Assembly: GCF_054482595.1 (NCBI RefSeq)
Contig: NZ_CM137008.1
Strand: one strand, 5' to 3'
Length of the DNA stretch: 64,000 nt
Position numbers and translations under genes: made by a program
Shown here: piece by piece, positions 13,089-24,130 of the stretch
Position numbering within the stretch: position 1 is the stretch's first letter
Layout: each line of letters opens with the position of its first letter
The notes under the pieces: generated by a model
Told to the model about the DNA's origin: nothing
The model's input: the letters and a program-made list of their open reading frames with translations, nothing else
Databases searched by the model: none

Positions 13089-14564
13089 ATGAATACCCAG
13101 TATAATTCCAGTTATATATTTTCGATTACCTTAGTCGCTACATTAGGTGGTTTATTATTTGGCTACGACACCGCCGTTATTTCCGGTACTGTTGAGTCAC
13201 TCAATACCGTCTTTGTTGCTCCACAAAACTTAAGTGAATCCGCTGCCAACTCCCTGTTAGGGTTTTGCGTAGCCAGCGCTCTGATTGGGTGCATCATCGG
13301 TGGTGCCCTCGGTGGTTATTGCAGTAGCCGCTTCGGTCGTCGTGATTCACTTAAGATTGCTGCTGTCCTGTTTTTTATTTCTGGTGTAGGTTCTGCCTGG
13401 CCAGAACTTGGTTTTACCTCTATAAACCCGGACAACACAGTGCCTGTTTATCTGGCAGGTTATGTCCCGGAATTTGTTATTTATCGCATTATTGGCGGTA
13501 TTGGCGTTGGTTTAGCCTCAATGCTTTCACCAATGTATATTGCGGAACTTGCTCCTGCTCATATTCGCGGGAAACTGGTCTCTTTTAACCAGTTTGCGAT
13601 TATTTTCGGGCAACTTTTAGTTTACTGCGTGAACTATTTTATTGCGCGTTCCGGTGATGCCAGCTGGCTGAATACTGACGGCTGGCGTTATATGTTTGCC
13701 TCGGAATGTATCCCTGCACTACTCTTCTTAATGCTGTTGTATACCGTGCCAGAAAGTCCTCGCTGGCTGATGTCGCGCGGCAAGCAAGAACAGGCGGAAG
13801 GTATCCTGCGCAAAATTATGGGCAACACGCTTGCAACTCAGGCAGTACAGGAAATTAAACACTCCCTGGATCATGGCCGCAAAACCGGTGGTCGTCTGCT
13901 GATGTTTGGCGTGGGCGTGATTGTCATCGGCGTTATGCTCTCCATCTTCCAGCAATTTGTCGGCATCAATGTGGTGCTGTACTACGCGCCGGAAGTGTTC
14001 AAAACGCTGGGGGCCAGCACGGATATCGCGCTGTTGCAGACCATTATTGTCGGAGTTATCAACCTCACCTTCACCGTTCTGGCAATTATGACGGTGGATA
14101 AATTTGGTCGTAAGCCACTGCAAATTATCGGCGCGCTCGGAATGGCAATCGGTATGTTTAGCCTCGGTACCGCGTTTTACACTCAGGCACCGGGTATTGT
14201 GGCGCTACTGTCGATGCTGTTCTATGTTGCCGCCTTTGCCATGTCCTGGGGTCCGGTATGCTGGGTTCTGCTGTCGGAAATCTTCCCGAATGCCATTCGT
14301 GGTAAAGCGCTGGCAATCGCGGTGGCGGCCCAGTGGCTGGCGAACTACTTCGTCTCCTGGACCTTCCCGATGATGGACAAAAACTCCTGGCTGGTGGCCC
14401 ATTTCCACAACGGTTTCTCCTACTGGATTTACGGTTGTATGGGCGTTCTGGCAGCACTGTTTATGTGGAAATTTGTCCCGGAAACCAAAGGTAAAACCCT
14501 TGAGGAGCTGGAAGCCCTCTGGGAACCGGAAACGAAGAAAACACAACAAACTGCTACGCTGTAA
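13089..14564 (+). CDS. xylE: D-xylose:proton symporter (MFS sugar porter)
   Basis: 491 aa; 12 TM helices; sugar-porter motifs (GRR/GRK loops, PESPRWL). Confidence 0.95.
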   Translation: MNTQYNSSYIFSITLVATLGGLLFGYDTAVISGTVESLNTVFVAPQNLSESAANSLLGFCVASALIGCIIGGALGGYCSSRFGRRDSLKIAAVLFFISGVGSAWPELGFTSINPDNTVPVYLAGYVPEFVIYRIIGGIGVGLASMLSPMYIAELAPAHIRGKLVSFNQFAIIFGQLLVYCVNYFIARSGDASWLNTDGWRYMFASECIPALLFLMLLYTVPESPRWLMSRGKQEQAEGILRKIMGNTLATQAVQEIKHSLDHGRKTGGRLLMFGVGVIVIGVMLSIFQQFVGINVVLYYAPEVFKTLGASTDIALLQTIIVGVINLTFTVLAIMTVDKFGRKPLQIIGALGMAIGMFSLGTAFYTQAPGIVALLSMLFYVAAFAMSWGPVCWVLLSEIFPNAIRGKALAIAVAAQWLANYFVSWTFPMMDKNSWLVAHFHNGFSYWIYGCMGVLAALFMWKFVPETKGKTLEELEALWEPETKKTQQTATL

Positions 14565-14574
14565 TCTTCCTGTC

Positions 14575-14609
14575 CAGCACGCCGCGCCAGTTCGGCGTGC
14601 TGTCTTTTT
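14575..14609 (+). terminator. Intrinsic terminator after xylE (convergent with psiE)
   Basis: CAGCACGCCG-loop-CGGCGTGCTG hairpin followed by TCTTTTT. Confidence 0.7.
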
Positions 14610-15018
14610 ACTCCCGCTTCAGCCGTTTCGAATTACACAGCCACAGGGTGATCACCAGTAACAGGATCGCAGCCGAGTAGATCAACACATCCAGTGGCGA
14701 TTTATGATCGACGATGATCAAGCGCACAATGGCGGTGATCCCAATATAGACAAAGTAACGTAGCGGGAAGTGAAAACCGGACTGAAAGTACTTCACAATC
14801 AGCGCGATAAATTCGAAATAGAGAAAGTAAACCACCAGTCCTTCTACCAGCTCATATTTGCTGGTTTGTTCTGGCGCGAACAGCACATCAGCCAGATGCA
14901 CCGTTTCTTTGCCGAGGAAGACAACCAAAATCAGGCCGAGGCACAGCAGGCCAAGATTGAGTACGGTCTGCAAAATGGTGGAGATAAACTCCACGCGCGG
15001 ACGAGAGAGTGACGTCAT
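14608..15018 (-). CDS. psiE: Phosphate-starvation-inducible inner membrane protein
   Basis: 136 aa, four predicted TM segments; matches PsiE ([17 protein letters not shown]...). Confidence 0.9.
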
Positions 15019-15131
15019 AGCAGTACCTCCTTCACAGTGGCGAGCTTCCTGTATAACGCAAAAATGTGACGGAGATCTATATTTTTTGTGTATGTTTTGT
15101 TCAACCTGGATTTGGAGCGCGCCTCCACCAA

Positions 15132-15190
15132 AGCCGGATATACCTACCCGTAGGCCGGATAAGCCGCGCCTGGCGGCGCATCCGGCAAGA
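15132..15190. repeat. REP element
   Basis: GTAGGCCGGATAAGCCGCGCCTGGCGGCGCATCCGGC-type palindrome. Confidence 0.6.
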
Positions 15191-15287
15191 CAAACCGCAC
15201 CAAAGCCGGTAATTCAAAAATCACCCATTCAGGTGATTCCCAGCCACCAGCAATGCGCGAAAAATCGACAATGTTCCTCTGGAACAA

Positions 15288-15566
15288 ATGAAACATAACC
15301 TGATAAAGGTGGTAAAAATGAAGCCTTATTTTGCTGCTTTGATGTTATCAGTCTCTGTTCTTCCTGCTTATGCTGGTCCGCTCGGTACTGCTGATAAAGC
15401 CGACCTACCGCAAAGCAATGTCTCCAGCCCAATGATGGCCCAGTCGCTCAGGCAACCAGACCTGCAACCGATATCGACGGACAGGAAGACAGAATGTTTT
15501 CGCCTTTACACACCAGATCGCAAACCGGGGGTGAACTGCGTTCCTGATGGCTCAACAGGCCATTAA
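15288..15566 (+). CDS. Small secreted protein of unknown function, possibly YjbT
   Basis: 92-aa ORF; an internal ATG at 15318 has an AAGGTGG ribosome-binding site and starts a signal peptide (MKPYFAALMLSVSVLPAYA). Position between psiE and yjbH fits yjbT. Confidence 0.5.
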   Translation: MKHNLIKVVKMKPYFAALMLSVSVLPAYAGPLGTADKADLPQSNVSSPMMAQSLRQPDLQPISTDRKTECFRLYTPDRKPGVNCVPDGSTGH

Positions 15567-15612
15567 GAATGAGGGTGCCAGTGATTGCGAAAACTGGCAC
15601 CTTTCCCATGAC

Positions 15613-17709
15613 TTAGCGGAAATTGACGCTACGGTCGCTGGTCATGTCATACAACTGGAACTTACGCCCAAGTTGCTGACCACCGTCACGCGTCAGCGGC
15701 GTCCAGCCAATCGCCGCACGGCTGCGTGTCGGGCCAGACGAGAAGAGATCCAACGGTACCGAGACATACACGCCCTTGGTGAAGTCCCCTTCGCCGTACT
15801 CCTCTTTCGAAACGTTGGTGATCGTGGCATAGCCGCCCACCACCACGCCGCTGTCAAAGCGTTTAGCGATCTCCAGCGTGCCGCCTTTATCCCCTGCCAG
15901 ATACTGCCCGACGCTGGCTTTAACTAACACATCCTGAGCGAAAGATGGCGTCCAGTAGGCGGTCAGATGTCCGGTTTTCACGCTGTAGTCGGTGAATTTC
16001 ATCATATCCTTTGCACTACGCCAGTCGCGCTGTTTAACGTAGTTGGCATCCAGACCAAACGCCCAGTTGCTGTCCAGCGGGCGATACAACACTTCTGCCC
16101 CCGCACCGCCAAACATGGTTTCGAGATAACCTCCGTAGACCTGACCGTAGAAGCCGTTGCCCAGATGCTGGAAGTAGTTGGCTTGCAGGTTATTCACATA
16201 GACATCGTTCTGCACATACTCGCGCACATGGGTACGAACGCGCGGTAAGTGCGAGTCCTGCGGCGGATTGGTGTAGTTAAACTTGTCGTAGTTGTTGGCA
16301 AGATTTGCAAACAGGCTGCCGGTGGTGAGCAGATGGTCCGTCAGCCACAAATCTGCCGTTCCCATCACGCCCAGCTGATACATGTAAAAGTTTTCCGGGC
16401 CACCGACCGACTGGTTCAGCACCGGATCGATATGGAAATCAAAGCGCGATTTGTCGATATACCAGCCCTGCTCGGTGGACTGCGGAACCACTGGCTCGAC
16501 GCGTTTTTGCGCCAGCTTCGTTTCGTGGCCCAACGGCTCTCCGGCGAGATGATTTTTCAGGCTGGCGACATCCGTTTCCGTGGTCACCTGCGGCATGTTA
16601 AGGCGATTTTCCGTAACGCGGATCGTCTTGATCCCATCCGGCAGATCATTCATCACGATCCGATTAGCACGGATGATCCCTTCGCGCGAATCACGATATT
16701 TCACCTGCTCGCCGGTAACATACAGCGTATCGCCTTTCGCCTGGATCTGTGGATCGGCAAGTCCGGCATTGTATTTCAACAGCGTTAACTGATTCGCTAC
16801 CACCGAATGCTGCAAAATGGCATCCTGCGGCTGCGGTTGATATTGCGGGCGGGCGTTATCGTTGTAAGGCGGGCGCAGATCGTTAAAGTTGGTGCGCAAC
16901 GTAACGCCAAACATAAAGGTGTTGCCACGTTCATAGCTAAGGTTAACGTCGGCCCAATCGGTAACGCGATAAATCGCACCGACGTTAAACTTACTTTTTT
17001 GCTCCAGCTTCCCGGCAAAATCCTGCTGATAATTATTGCCTTCATACTCCAGTTTCAGGCGCAGCGGTTGCCAGGGCGTCTGGTATTCCACGCCGCCAAA
17101 CAGTGAGGCAGGACCGTGGAACATCTGGCTACCGTCGATAGATCCCGCCTGTTTGTAGCTGTTATCGCGATAGCAATATTTATCACTGGCTGAACAGAGC
17201 GGATTTTTCACATTACCGCTGGTGCCCAGATATCCCCAGCCCAGGCCGAGCGTAAAATCGAACGGCCCCCAGGCTTTGCTGGCAACAAGATATTCCGCAT
17301 CAAACAGCCCCGTACCGCCGATATCCCGCGCACCAACCGCCACTTGCGGCAGCCAATAACTCTCTTCCCACAAACGCAGTTTGAGATCGAAGGCTTTATC
17401 TTTATACGTTTGATCGCCAGAGAACGCTTCGACGCTGCTGTACTGCCGGGTGCGCACGTCGGTGTAGCGCAGCGTTGTTTCCAGCCACGGGAAGAGTTGC
17501 ACTGAAGCTGAGTAATAACGGTACTGATCGTTATCGCGATAGTTCAGACTCAACTCCCCTTCCCGTGCCATACGCGCGGTGGGCGTTTGTAATAATCCTA
17601 CGCCACCGAAATCCGACTGCGACGGACCAATGGGCGCAGGATATGTTTCGCCGTAGCAAGCTGTGCTAATGCCCAGCGCCAGTAAGCTAAGCAGATGTCT
17701 TTTTTTCAT
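15613..17709 (-). CDS. yjbH: Outer-membrane protein of the yjbEFGH exopolysaccharide operon (GfcD paralogue)
   Basis: 698 aa; signal peptide with lipobox-like LGISTAC; last gene of yjbEFGH; start overlaps the yjbG stop (TAATG). Confidence 0.9.
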   Translation of the reverse strand: MKKRHLLSLLALGISTACYGETYPAPIGPSQSDFGGVGLLQTPTARMAREGELSLNYRDNDQYRYYSASVQLFPWLETTLRYTDVRTRQYSSVEAFSGDQTYKDKAFDLKLRLWEESYWLPQVAVGARDIGGTGLFDAEYLVASKAWGPFDFTLGLGWGYLGTSGNVKNPLCSASDKYCYRDNSYKQAGSIDGSQMFHGPASLFGGVEYQTPWQPLRLKLEYEGNNYQQDFAGKLEQKSKFNVGAIYRVTDWADVNLSYERGNTFMFGVTLRTNFNDLRPPYNDNARPQYQPQPQDAILQHSVVANQLTLLKYNAGLADPQIQAKGDTLYVTGEQVKYRDSREGIIRANRIVMNDLPDGIKTIRVTENRLNMPQVTTETDVASLKNHLAGEPLGHETKLAQKRVEPVVPQSTEQGWYIDKSRFDFHIDPVLNQSVGGPENFYMYQLGVMGTADLWLTDHLLTTGSLFANLANNYDKFNYTNPPQDSHLPRVRTHVREYVQNDVYVNNLQANYFQHLGNGFYGQVYGGYLETMFGGAGAEVLYRPLDSNWAFGLDANYVKQRDWRSAKDMMKFTDYSVKTGHLTAYWTPSFAQDVLVKASVGQYLAGDKGGTLEIAKRFDSGVVVGGYATITNVSKEEYGEGDFTKGVYVSVPLDLFSSGPTRSRAAIGWTPLTRDGGQQLGRKFQLYDMTSDRSVNFR

Positions 17710-18446
17710 TATTGAGGTATCCGCTGCGTCAGAGTCTGAAGAATGTCGGCGTTAAGGGCATCAGGCGTCTCACTCCAGACGGAGTCCGCGAGGCCAACAT
17801 AAATAATGCTGCCGGGCATCGGCTCTACGTGACGCTTGTTCCAGTAAGCCACCGGCGCTTTTTGCGTGCGTCCGTCCGGGTAAACCACCCACGCGTAGCT
17901 GCGATCCGCACCGCTGAGCAGGCTCTGGTCAGAGAGATAGCTCGCCACGTCGCGACCTGGAGTGAATGGCTGCTTGCCAGGACGGCTGATAAGCCCGAAC
18001 AACGTGACCGTGGACGGCGGTGGTCCGACCCACAGCGTGTAGTTGCCCTGCAACGGCGGGTTACCGCGTTCGGCAACGCGGACGATATCGGGATCAAGAT
18101 TGATTTTTTGCCTGCCCGTCACTTTCAACGCCTGAATTTGCTGGCGTAAGGCGTTAATCGCAGCGGCATCGTCGGCGCTGGAATCTGCGCCCTGTTCTGC
18201 CAGCTGTGTCAGCAACGCCTGCTGCTGACGCAATGCTGCCGCCGTTGCCAGCTCTTCGCTAATCACCGCACCAGGCCACCAGCTGTTTGCCAGCCGTGGT
18301 TGGCCTACCAGATCGATTAAATGCTCTGCACCCGTCAGCGTTTTGGCCTCACTGCTGCCATTGCTGAATACCTTGACGGTTCCTGCCGCGAAGACCGATG
18401 ACGCCCCCACACTCAAAATCAATGCGACAATAGTTTGTTTAATCAT
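17709..18446 (-). CDS. yjbG: Exopolysaccharide operon periplasmic protein
   Basis: Track ORF 277 aa; start [20 protein letters not shown] (ATG 18444-18446) gives 245 aa; 4-nt ATGA overlap with yjbF. Confidence 0.85.
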   Translation of the reverse strand: MIKQTIVALILSVGASSVFAAGTVKVFSNGSSEAKTLTGAEHLIDLVGQPRLANSWWPGAVISEELATAAALRQQQALLTQLAEQGADSSADDAAAINALRQQIQALKVTGRQKINLDPDIVRVAERGNPPLQGNYTLWVGPPPSTVTLFGLISRPGKQPFTPGRDVASYLSDQSLLSGADRSYAWVVYPDGRTQKAPVAYWNKRHVEPMPGSIIYVGLADSVWSETPDALNADILQTLTQRIPQ

Positions 18447-19081
18447 TGTTTTGCCGCCTTGATGAGAGTGGTTTTCACCGGGAAATAATCTGCGCCGAGA
18501 TACTGTTCCGACTGGCGAATTTGCCCTTCGCTGTCGATCCAATAGCGGTTATGCCAGCGCGCCTGGTCGGTGGAGACTTCTTCGTCCAGCACGCGAACCG
18601 CGGTTTCATCGCTGCCGACCTTAACGGTACCGGTGCCATCCCATTTGAAGACTGAGCGTGCGGTGGCGTAGCGTACCTGCTGGTACTCGGTCCAGCCCAT
18701 CGTGCGCATCCAGGTTGCGCCATCAATGATTTGTGCGGGTTTAATCAGCGGGTCGGCGGCAAGGTTATTCACTTCAATCAGGTTGTCGCCGCCAAGCAAA
18801 GTCTTCACCAGACGACCATGTTGTGTGACGAGAGTAGCCTGATCCTGAGTGACCCATTTTTGTTGTCCGTCTTCAGCGAAGGCCAGCACCACAAATAACT
18901 GCGGCCCGCCATTAAGCTGCATGTACTGGCTGGCGTAGGGCATATTTTGAATATCATCATCCGTCAGCTGTACGCCTGGCGTACCGAACAGACTGTCCCA
19001 CAGTGAATTGCCCAGCTCTTTCGTCGTGGCTGAACAGGCCTGTAATAGCAGGCAGATAAGAATGAATGCAGGTCGCTTCAC
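18443..19081 (-). CDS. yjbF: Exopolysaccharide operon lipoprotein
   Basis: Lipobox LLQAC; probable GTG start at 19079-19081 with GGAGAA ribosome-binding site gives 212 aa (the track ORF extends 10 codons upstream). Confidence 0.8.
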   Translation of the reverse strand: MKRPAFILICLLLQACSATTKELGNSLWDSLFGTPGVQLTDDDIQNMPYASQYMQLNGGPQLFVVLAFAEDGQQKWVTQDQATLVTQHGRLVKTLLGGDNLIEVNNLAADPLIKPAQIIDGATWMRTMGWTEYQQVRYATARSVFKWDGTGTVKVGSDETAVRVLDEEVSTDQARWHNRYWIDSEGQIRQSEQYLGADYFPVKTTLIKAAKQ

Positions 19082-19194
19082 GACTCTTCTCCAGAGGGGC
19101 AGAATAACCACACCGGAGTGTGGTTATGGTAAATCCCTTCATACTTCTAGCCACAGATGCAATGACTCGAATTATTTTGGGGATACATACTTTA

Positions 19195-19437
19195 TTACTG
19201 GGTACTGGTGGTTGTGGTTGTTGTGGTCCCGGTATTAGAACCATCACCGCCACCGGTTGCCGCGAGCGCGACACCCACCGCCGAGCTTACGGTGCTGACG
19301 CTGGTCGCGGAGGAACTCCCCGCCGAAACCGACGTTGCTGCCGACCCTGCCGCTTCGCCCACCTGTACAGGTGCAGCCCACGCAGAAGTCGCCGCAAGCG
19401 CAGATATGGCAAAAATGCCATACAGAACTTTTTTCAT
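19195..19437 (-). CDS. yjbE: Small secreted Ser/Thr/Gly/Ala-rich protein
   Basis: 80 aa; signal peptide [21 protein letters not shown] then a low-complexity S/A/T/G region ending in a T7 run ([10 protein letters not shown]). Confidence 0.85.
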
Positions 19438-19844
19438 AACAATTTCCCTTCATTGAATGAATGGAGATTTACCCAAAAACATTTCGGGCGGGATCGAGTA
19501 TACACAACTAAAGCATACGAATTACGGCGCGGGGAATTAGCGATGGCGTTTTAGGATAATTGGAATGAATATCAAATATAAGTTTCAACTTATATTTAAA
19601 TAACAATAAAAATCATAAACTTAAAATAAAAACAAAAGTAATTAATCTGCGTATTTTCCGAAATAAACAACGATTAAAAATCTATTTTAGGATTAACCTC
19701 ACGGTATGATTTCCGTTAAATCACAGACAAGGGGATTTATCTGATAAAACAATGCCGACATAACGTCGGCATTGTTATTAAGGTTATTTAATCAATCGTG
19801 CTATGCATTAATTGCCGAATACGATGTACATATCGGCATCGACC

Positions 19845-19940
<96 letters not shown>

Positions 19941-19949
19941 GAACGATGA

Positions 19950-21599
19950 TTAACCGCGCCACGCTTTATAGCGGTTAATCAGACCATTGGTCGAGCTATC
20001 GTGGCTGCTGATTTCTTTATCATCTTTCAGCTCTGGCAGAATACGGTTCGCCAGCTGTTTACCCAGTTCCACGCCCCACTGGTCGAAGGTGAAGATGTTC
20101 AGGATCACGCCCTGAGTAAAGATTTTGTGCTCATACAGCGCAATCAACGCACCCAGGCTGAACGGAGTGATTTCACGCAGCAGGATGGAGTTGGTCGGGC
20201 GGTTACCTTCGAACACTTTGAACGGCACCACGTAGTCAAGCGTTGCCGGATCTTTACCCTGATCGCGATATTCCTGCTCAACCACTTCGCGGGATTTACC
20301 AAACGCCAGCGCTTCGGTCTGGGCAAAGAAGTTAGACAGCAGTTTCTGGTGATGATCAGAGAGCGGGTTATGGGTGATAGCCGGGGCGATGAAATCGCAC
20401 GGTACCATTTTAGTTCCCTGGTGGATCAGCTGGTAGAACGCGTGCTGACCGTTAGTACCTGGTTCCCCCCAGATAATCGGGCCAGTCTGGTAATCCACAA
20501 CATTACCGTTACGGTCAACATACTTACCGTTGGATTCCATATTGCCCTGCTGGAAGTACGCCGCGAAACGGTGCATATACTGGTCATACGGCAGAATCGC
20601 TTCAGTTTCCGCACCAAAGAAATTGTTGTACCAGATGCCAATCAGCGCCAGCAAGACAGGCAGGTTTTTCTCGGCAGGCGTGGTGGAGAAATGCTTGTCC
20701 ATCGCGTGTGCGCCAGAAAGCAGTTCAACGAAGTTATCAAAGCCGATGGAGAGAACAATCGACAGGCCAATCGCTGACCACAAAGAGTAACGGCCGCCGA
20801 CCCAGTCCCAGAACTCGAACATGTTGGCAGTATCAATACCAAACTCGCCAACGGCTTTGGCATTGGTTGAGAGCGCCGCAAAGTGTTTCGCAACGTGTTT
20901 TTCATCACCTGCCGCTTTCAGGAACCAGTCACGCGCGCTATGGGCGTTGGTCATGGTTTCCTGAGTGGTGAAGGTTTTAGATGCTACCAGGAACAGCGTG
21001 GTTTCCGGGTTTACTTTTTTCAGCACTTCCGCGATGTGAGTCCCATCGACGTTAGAAACAAAGTGCATGTTCAGGTGATTTTTGTACGGACGCAGTGCTT
21101 CGGTCACCATGTACGGGCCGAGGTCAGAACCACCGATCCCGATGTTCACTACGTCAGTGATTGCTTTGCCGGTATAACCCTTCCACTCACCGGAGATAAT
21201 CGCTTCCGAGAAGGCTTTCATCTTCTCCAGCACCGCGTTGACTTCCGGCATTACGTCTTTGCCATCAACCAGAATCGGGGTATTGCTACGGTTACGCAGC
21301 GCTACGTGCAGCACGGCGCGGTTTTCAGTGCGGTTGATCTTCTCGCCAGAGAACATCGACTTAATCGCGCCCGCCAGATCGCACTCTTTCGCCAGATCTT
21401 GTAATTTCGCCAGCGTCTCTTCAGTGATGCGGTTTTTGGAGTAATCCACCAGCATCTGATCGTCGAAGGTTGCGGAGAACTTAGAAAAACGATCGCCGTC
21501 TTTAGCAAAAAGATCGGCGATCGTAACGTCTTTCATTTCATCGAAGTGTTTCTGTAGTGCCTGCCAGGCAGCGGTCTGCGTTGGATTGATGTTTTTCAT
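19950..21599 (-). CDS. pgi: Glucose-6-phosphate isomerase
   Basis: Pgi N-terminus [15 protein letters not shown] at codon 3 of the track ORF gives 549 aa; conserved PGI motifs. Confidence 0.97.
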   Translation of the reverse strand: MKNINPTQTAAWQALQKHFDEMKDVTIADLFAKDGDRFSKFSATFDDQMLVDYSKNRITEETLAKLQDLAKECDLAGAIKSMFSGEKINRTENRAVLHVALRNRSNTPILVDGKDVMPEVNAVLEKMKAFSEAIISGEWKGYTGKAITDVVNIGIGGSDLGPYMVTEALRPYKNHLNMHFVSNVDGTHIAEVLKKVNPETTLFLVASKTFTTQETMTNAHSARDWFLKAAGDEKHVAKHFAALSTNAKAVGEFGIDTANMFEFWDWVGGRYSLWSAIGLSIVLSIGFDNFVELLSGAHAMDKHFSTTPAEKNLPVLLALIGIWYNNFFGAETEAILPYDQYMHRFAAYFQQGNMESNGKYVDRNGNVVDYQTGPIIWGEPGTNGQHAFYQLIHQGTKMVPCDFIAPAITHNPLSDHHQKLLSNFFAQTEALAFGKSREVVEQEYRDQGKDPATLDYVVPFKVFEGNRPTNSILLREITPFSLGALIALYEHKIFTQGVILNIFTFDQWGVELGKQLANRILPELKDDKEISSHDSSTNGLINRYKAWRG

Positions 21600-21839
21600 T
21601 AGCAATACTCTTCTGATTTTGAGAATTGTGACTTTGGAAGATTGTAGCGCCAGTCACAGAAAAATGTGATGGTTTTAGTGCCGTTAGCGTAATGTTGAGT
21701 GTAAACCCTTAGCGCAGTGAAGCATTTATTAGCTGAACTACTGACCGCCAGGAGTGGATGAAAAATCCGCATGACCCCGTCGTTGACAACCGCCCCGCTC
21801 ACCCTTTATTTATAAATGTACTACCTGCGCTAGCGCAGG

Positions 21840-22110
21840 CCAGAAGAGGCGCGTTGCCCAAGTAACGGTGTTGGAGGAGCCAGTCCTGTGATAACACCTG
21901 AGGGGGTGCATCGCCGAGGTGATTGAACGGCTGGCCACGTTCATCATCGGCTACAGGGGCTGAATCCCCTGGGTTGTCACCAGAAGCGTTCGCAGTCGGG
22001 CGTTTCGCAAGTGGTGGAGCACTTCTGGGTGAAAATAGTAGCGAAGTATCGCTCTGCGCCCACCCGTCTTCCGCTCTTCCCTTGTGCCAAGGCTGAAAAT
22101 GGATCCCCTG
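21840..22110 (+). promoter_or_regulatory. Lysine riboswitch (LYS element) in the lysC leader
   Basis: Long structured 5' leader directly upstream of lysC with the GAGGCGC...GGTG...GGGG elements typical of the lysC lysine riboswitch; a TTGACA -35 box lies at 21783-21788. Confidence 0.75.
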
Positions 22111-22123
22111 ACACGAGGTAGTT

Positions 22124-23473
22124 ATGTCTGAAATTGTTGTCTCCAAATTTGGCGGTACCAGCGTAGCTGATTTTGACGCCATGAACCGCAGCGCTGATAT
22201 TGTGCTTTCTGATGCCAACGTGCGTTTAGTAGTCCTCTCGGCTTCTGCTGGTATCACTAATCTGCTGGTCGCTTTAGCGGAAGGGCTGGAACCTGGCGAG
22301 CGATTCGAAAAACTCGACGCTATTCGCAACATCCAGTTTGCCATTCTGGAACGTCTGCGTTACCCGAACGTTATCCGTGAAGAGATTGAACGTCTGCTGG
22401 AGAACATTACTGTTCTGGCAGAAGCGGCGGCGCTGGCAACGTCTCCGGCGCTGACAGATGAACTGGTCAGCCACGGCGAGCTGATGTCGACCCTGCTGTT
22501 TGTTGAGATCCTGCGCGAACGCGATGTTCAGGCACAGTGGTTTGATGTACGTAAAGTGATGCGTACCAACGACCGATTTGGTCGTGCAGAGCCAGATGTA
22601 GCCGCGCTGGCGGAACTGGCCGCGCTGCAGCTGCTCCCACGCCTCAATGAAGGCTTAGTGATCACCCAGGGATTTATCGGTAGCGAAAATAAAGGTCGAA
22701 CAACGACGCTTGGCCGTGGAGGCAGCGATTATACGGCAGCCTTGCTGGCGGAGGCTTTACACGCATCTCGTGTTGATATCTGGACCGACGTCCCGGGCAT
22801 CTACACCACCGATCCACGCGTGGTTTCCGCAGCAAAACGCATTGATGAAATCGCGTTTGCCGAAGCGGCAGAGATGGCAACTTTTGGTGCAAAAGTACTG
22901 CATCCGGCAACGTTGCTACCCGCAGTACGCAGCGATATCCCGGTCTTTGTCGGCTCCAGCAAAGACCCACGCGCAGGTGGTACGCTGGTGTGCAATAAAA
23001 CTGAAAATCCGCCGCTGTTCCGCGCGCTGGCGCTTCGTCGCAATCAGACTCTGCTCACTTTGCACAGCCTGAATATGCTGCATTCTCGCGGTTTCCTCGC
23101 GGAAGTTTTCGGCATCCTCGCGCGGCATAATATTTCGGTAGACTTAATCACCACGTCAGAAGTGAGCGTGGCATTAACCCTTGATACCACCGGTTCAACC
23201 TCCACTGGCGATACGTTGCTGACGCAATCTCTGCTGATGGAGCTTTCCGCACTGTGCCGGGTGGAGGTGGAAGAAGGTCTGGCGCTGGTCGCGTTGATTG
23301 GCAATGACCTGTCAAAAGCCTGCGGCGTTGGCAAAGAGGTATTCGGCGTACTGGAACCGTTCAACATTCGCATGATTTGTTACGGCGCATCCAGCCATAA
23401 CCTGTGCTTCCTGGTGCCCGGCGAAGATGCCGAGCAGGTGGTGCAGAAGCTGCATTTTAATTTGTTTGAGTAA
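22124..23473 (+). CDS. lysC: Lysine-sensitive aspartokinase III
   Basis: 449 aa; MSEIVVSKFGGTSVADFDAMNRSADIV N-terminus, two C-terminal ACT domains. Confidence 0.97.
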   Translation: MSEIVVSKFGGTSVADFDAMNRSADIVLSDANVRLVVLSASAGITNLLVALAEGLEPGERFEKLDAIRNIQFAILERLRYPNVIREEIERLLENITVLAEAAALATSPALTDELVSHGELMSTLLFVEILRERDVQAQWFDVRKVMRTNDRFGRAEPDVAALAELAALQLLPRLNEGLVITQGFIGSENKGRTTTLGRGGSDYTAALLAEALHASRVDIWTDVPGIYTTDPRVVSAAKRIDEIAFAEAAEMATFGAKVLHPATLLPAVRSDIPVFVGSSKDPRAGGTLVCNKTENPPLFRALALRRNQTLLTLHSLNMLHSRGFLAEVFGILARHNISVDLITTSEVSVALTLDTTGSTSTGDTLLTQSLLMELSALCRVEVEEGLALVALIGNDLSKACGVGKEVFGVLEPFNIRMICYGASSHNLCFLVPGEDAEQVVQKLHFNLFE

Positions 23474-23725
23474 ATACTGTATGGCCTGGAAGCTATATTT
23501 CGGGCCGTATTGATTTTCTTGTCACTATGCTCATCAATAAACGAGCCTGTACTCTGTTAACCAGCGTCTTTATCGGAGAATAATTGCCTTTAATTTTTTT
23601 ATCTGCATCTCTAATTAATTATCGAAAGAGATAAATAGTTAAGAGAAGGCAAAATGAATATTATCAGTTCTGCTCGCAAACGAATTCCCGTACACTGAAC
23701 TCTCTGGCTCACTGAGGGCACCATC

Positions 23726-23998
23726 ATGGCACTCCCCCGTATTACCCAAAAAGAGATGACTGAGCGCGAGCAGCGTGAACTTAAAACACTGCTGGATCGG
23801 GCGCGGATTGCGCATGGTCGCGTACTGACCAACTCCGAAACCAACAGCATTAAGAAAGAGTACATCGATAAATTAATGGTCGAGCGTGAGGCTGAAGCGA
23901 AAAAAGCCCGCCAGTTAAAGAAAAAGCAGGCTTATAAACCGGATCCTGAAGCGTCATTTAGCTGGTCAGCAAATACGTCGACGCGCGGCAGGCGCTAA
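23726..23998 (+). CDS. yjbD: DUF3811-family small protein
   Basis: 90-aa highly charged protein (MALPRITQKEMTEREQRELKTLLDRARIAHG...); syntenic between lysC and rluF. Confidence 0.8.
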   Translation: MALPRITQKEMTEREQRELKTLLDRARIAHGRVLTNSETNSIKKEYIDKLMVEREAEAKKARQLKKKQAYKPDPEASFSWSANTSTRGRR

Positions 23999-24130
23999 TG
24001 AACAATCAACGCCTGAGATTTTCACTCGTCTGTGTGGACACAATCTTCCCCTCAACCTAACCCTCTCCCCGAAGGGGCGAGGGGACTGTCCGAGCACTTT
24101 TTGGACGTTTTCATCAGTCTGAGGCGTTAA

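Noticed and set aside
19198-19245. Triplet-like repeat as a tandem-repeat or VNTR feature
   Set aside because: It is the imperfect coding repeat for the Thr/Ser-rich C-terminus of YjbE rather than a clean tandem array; mentioned under the yjbEFGH finding instead.
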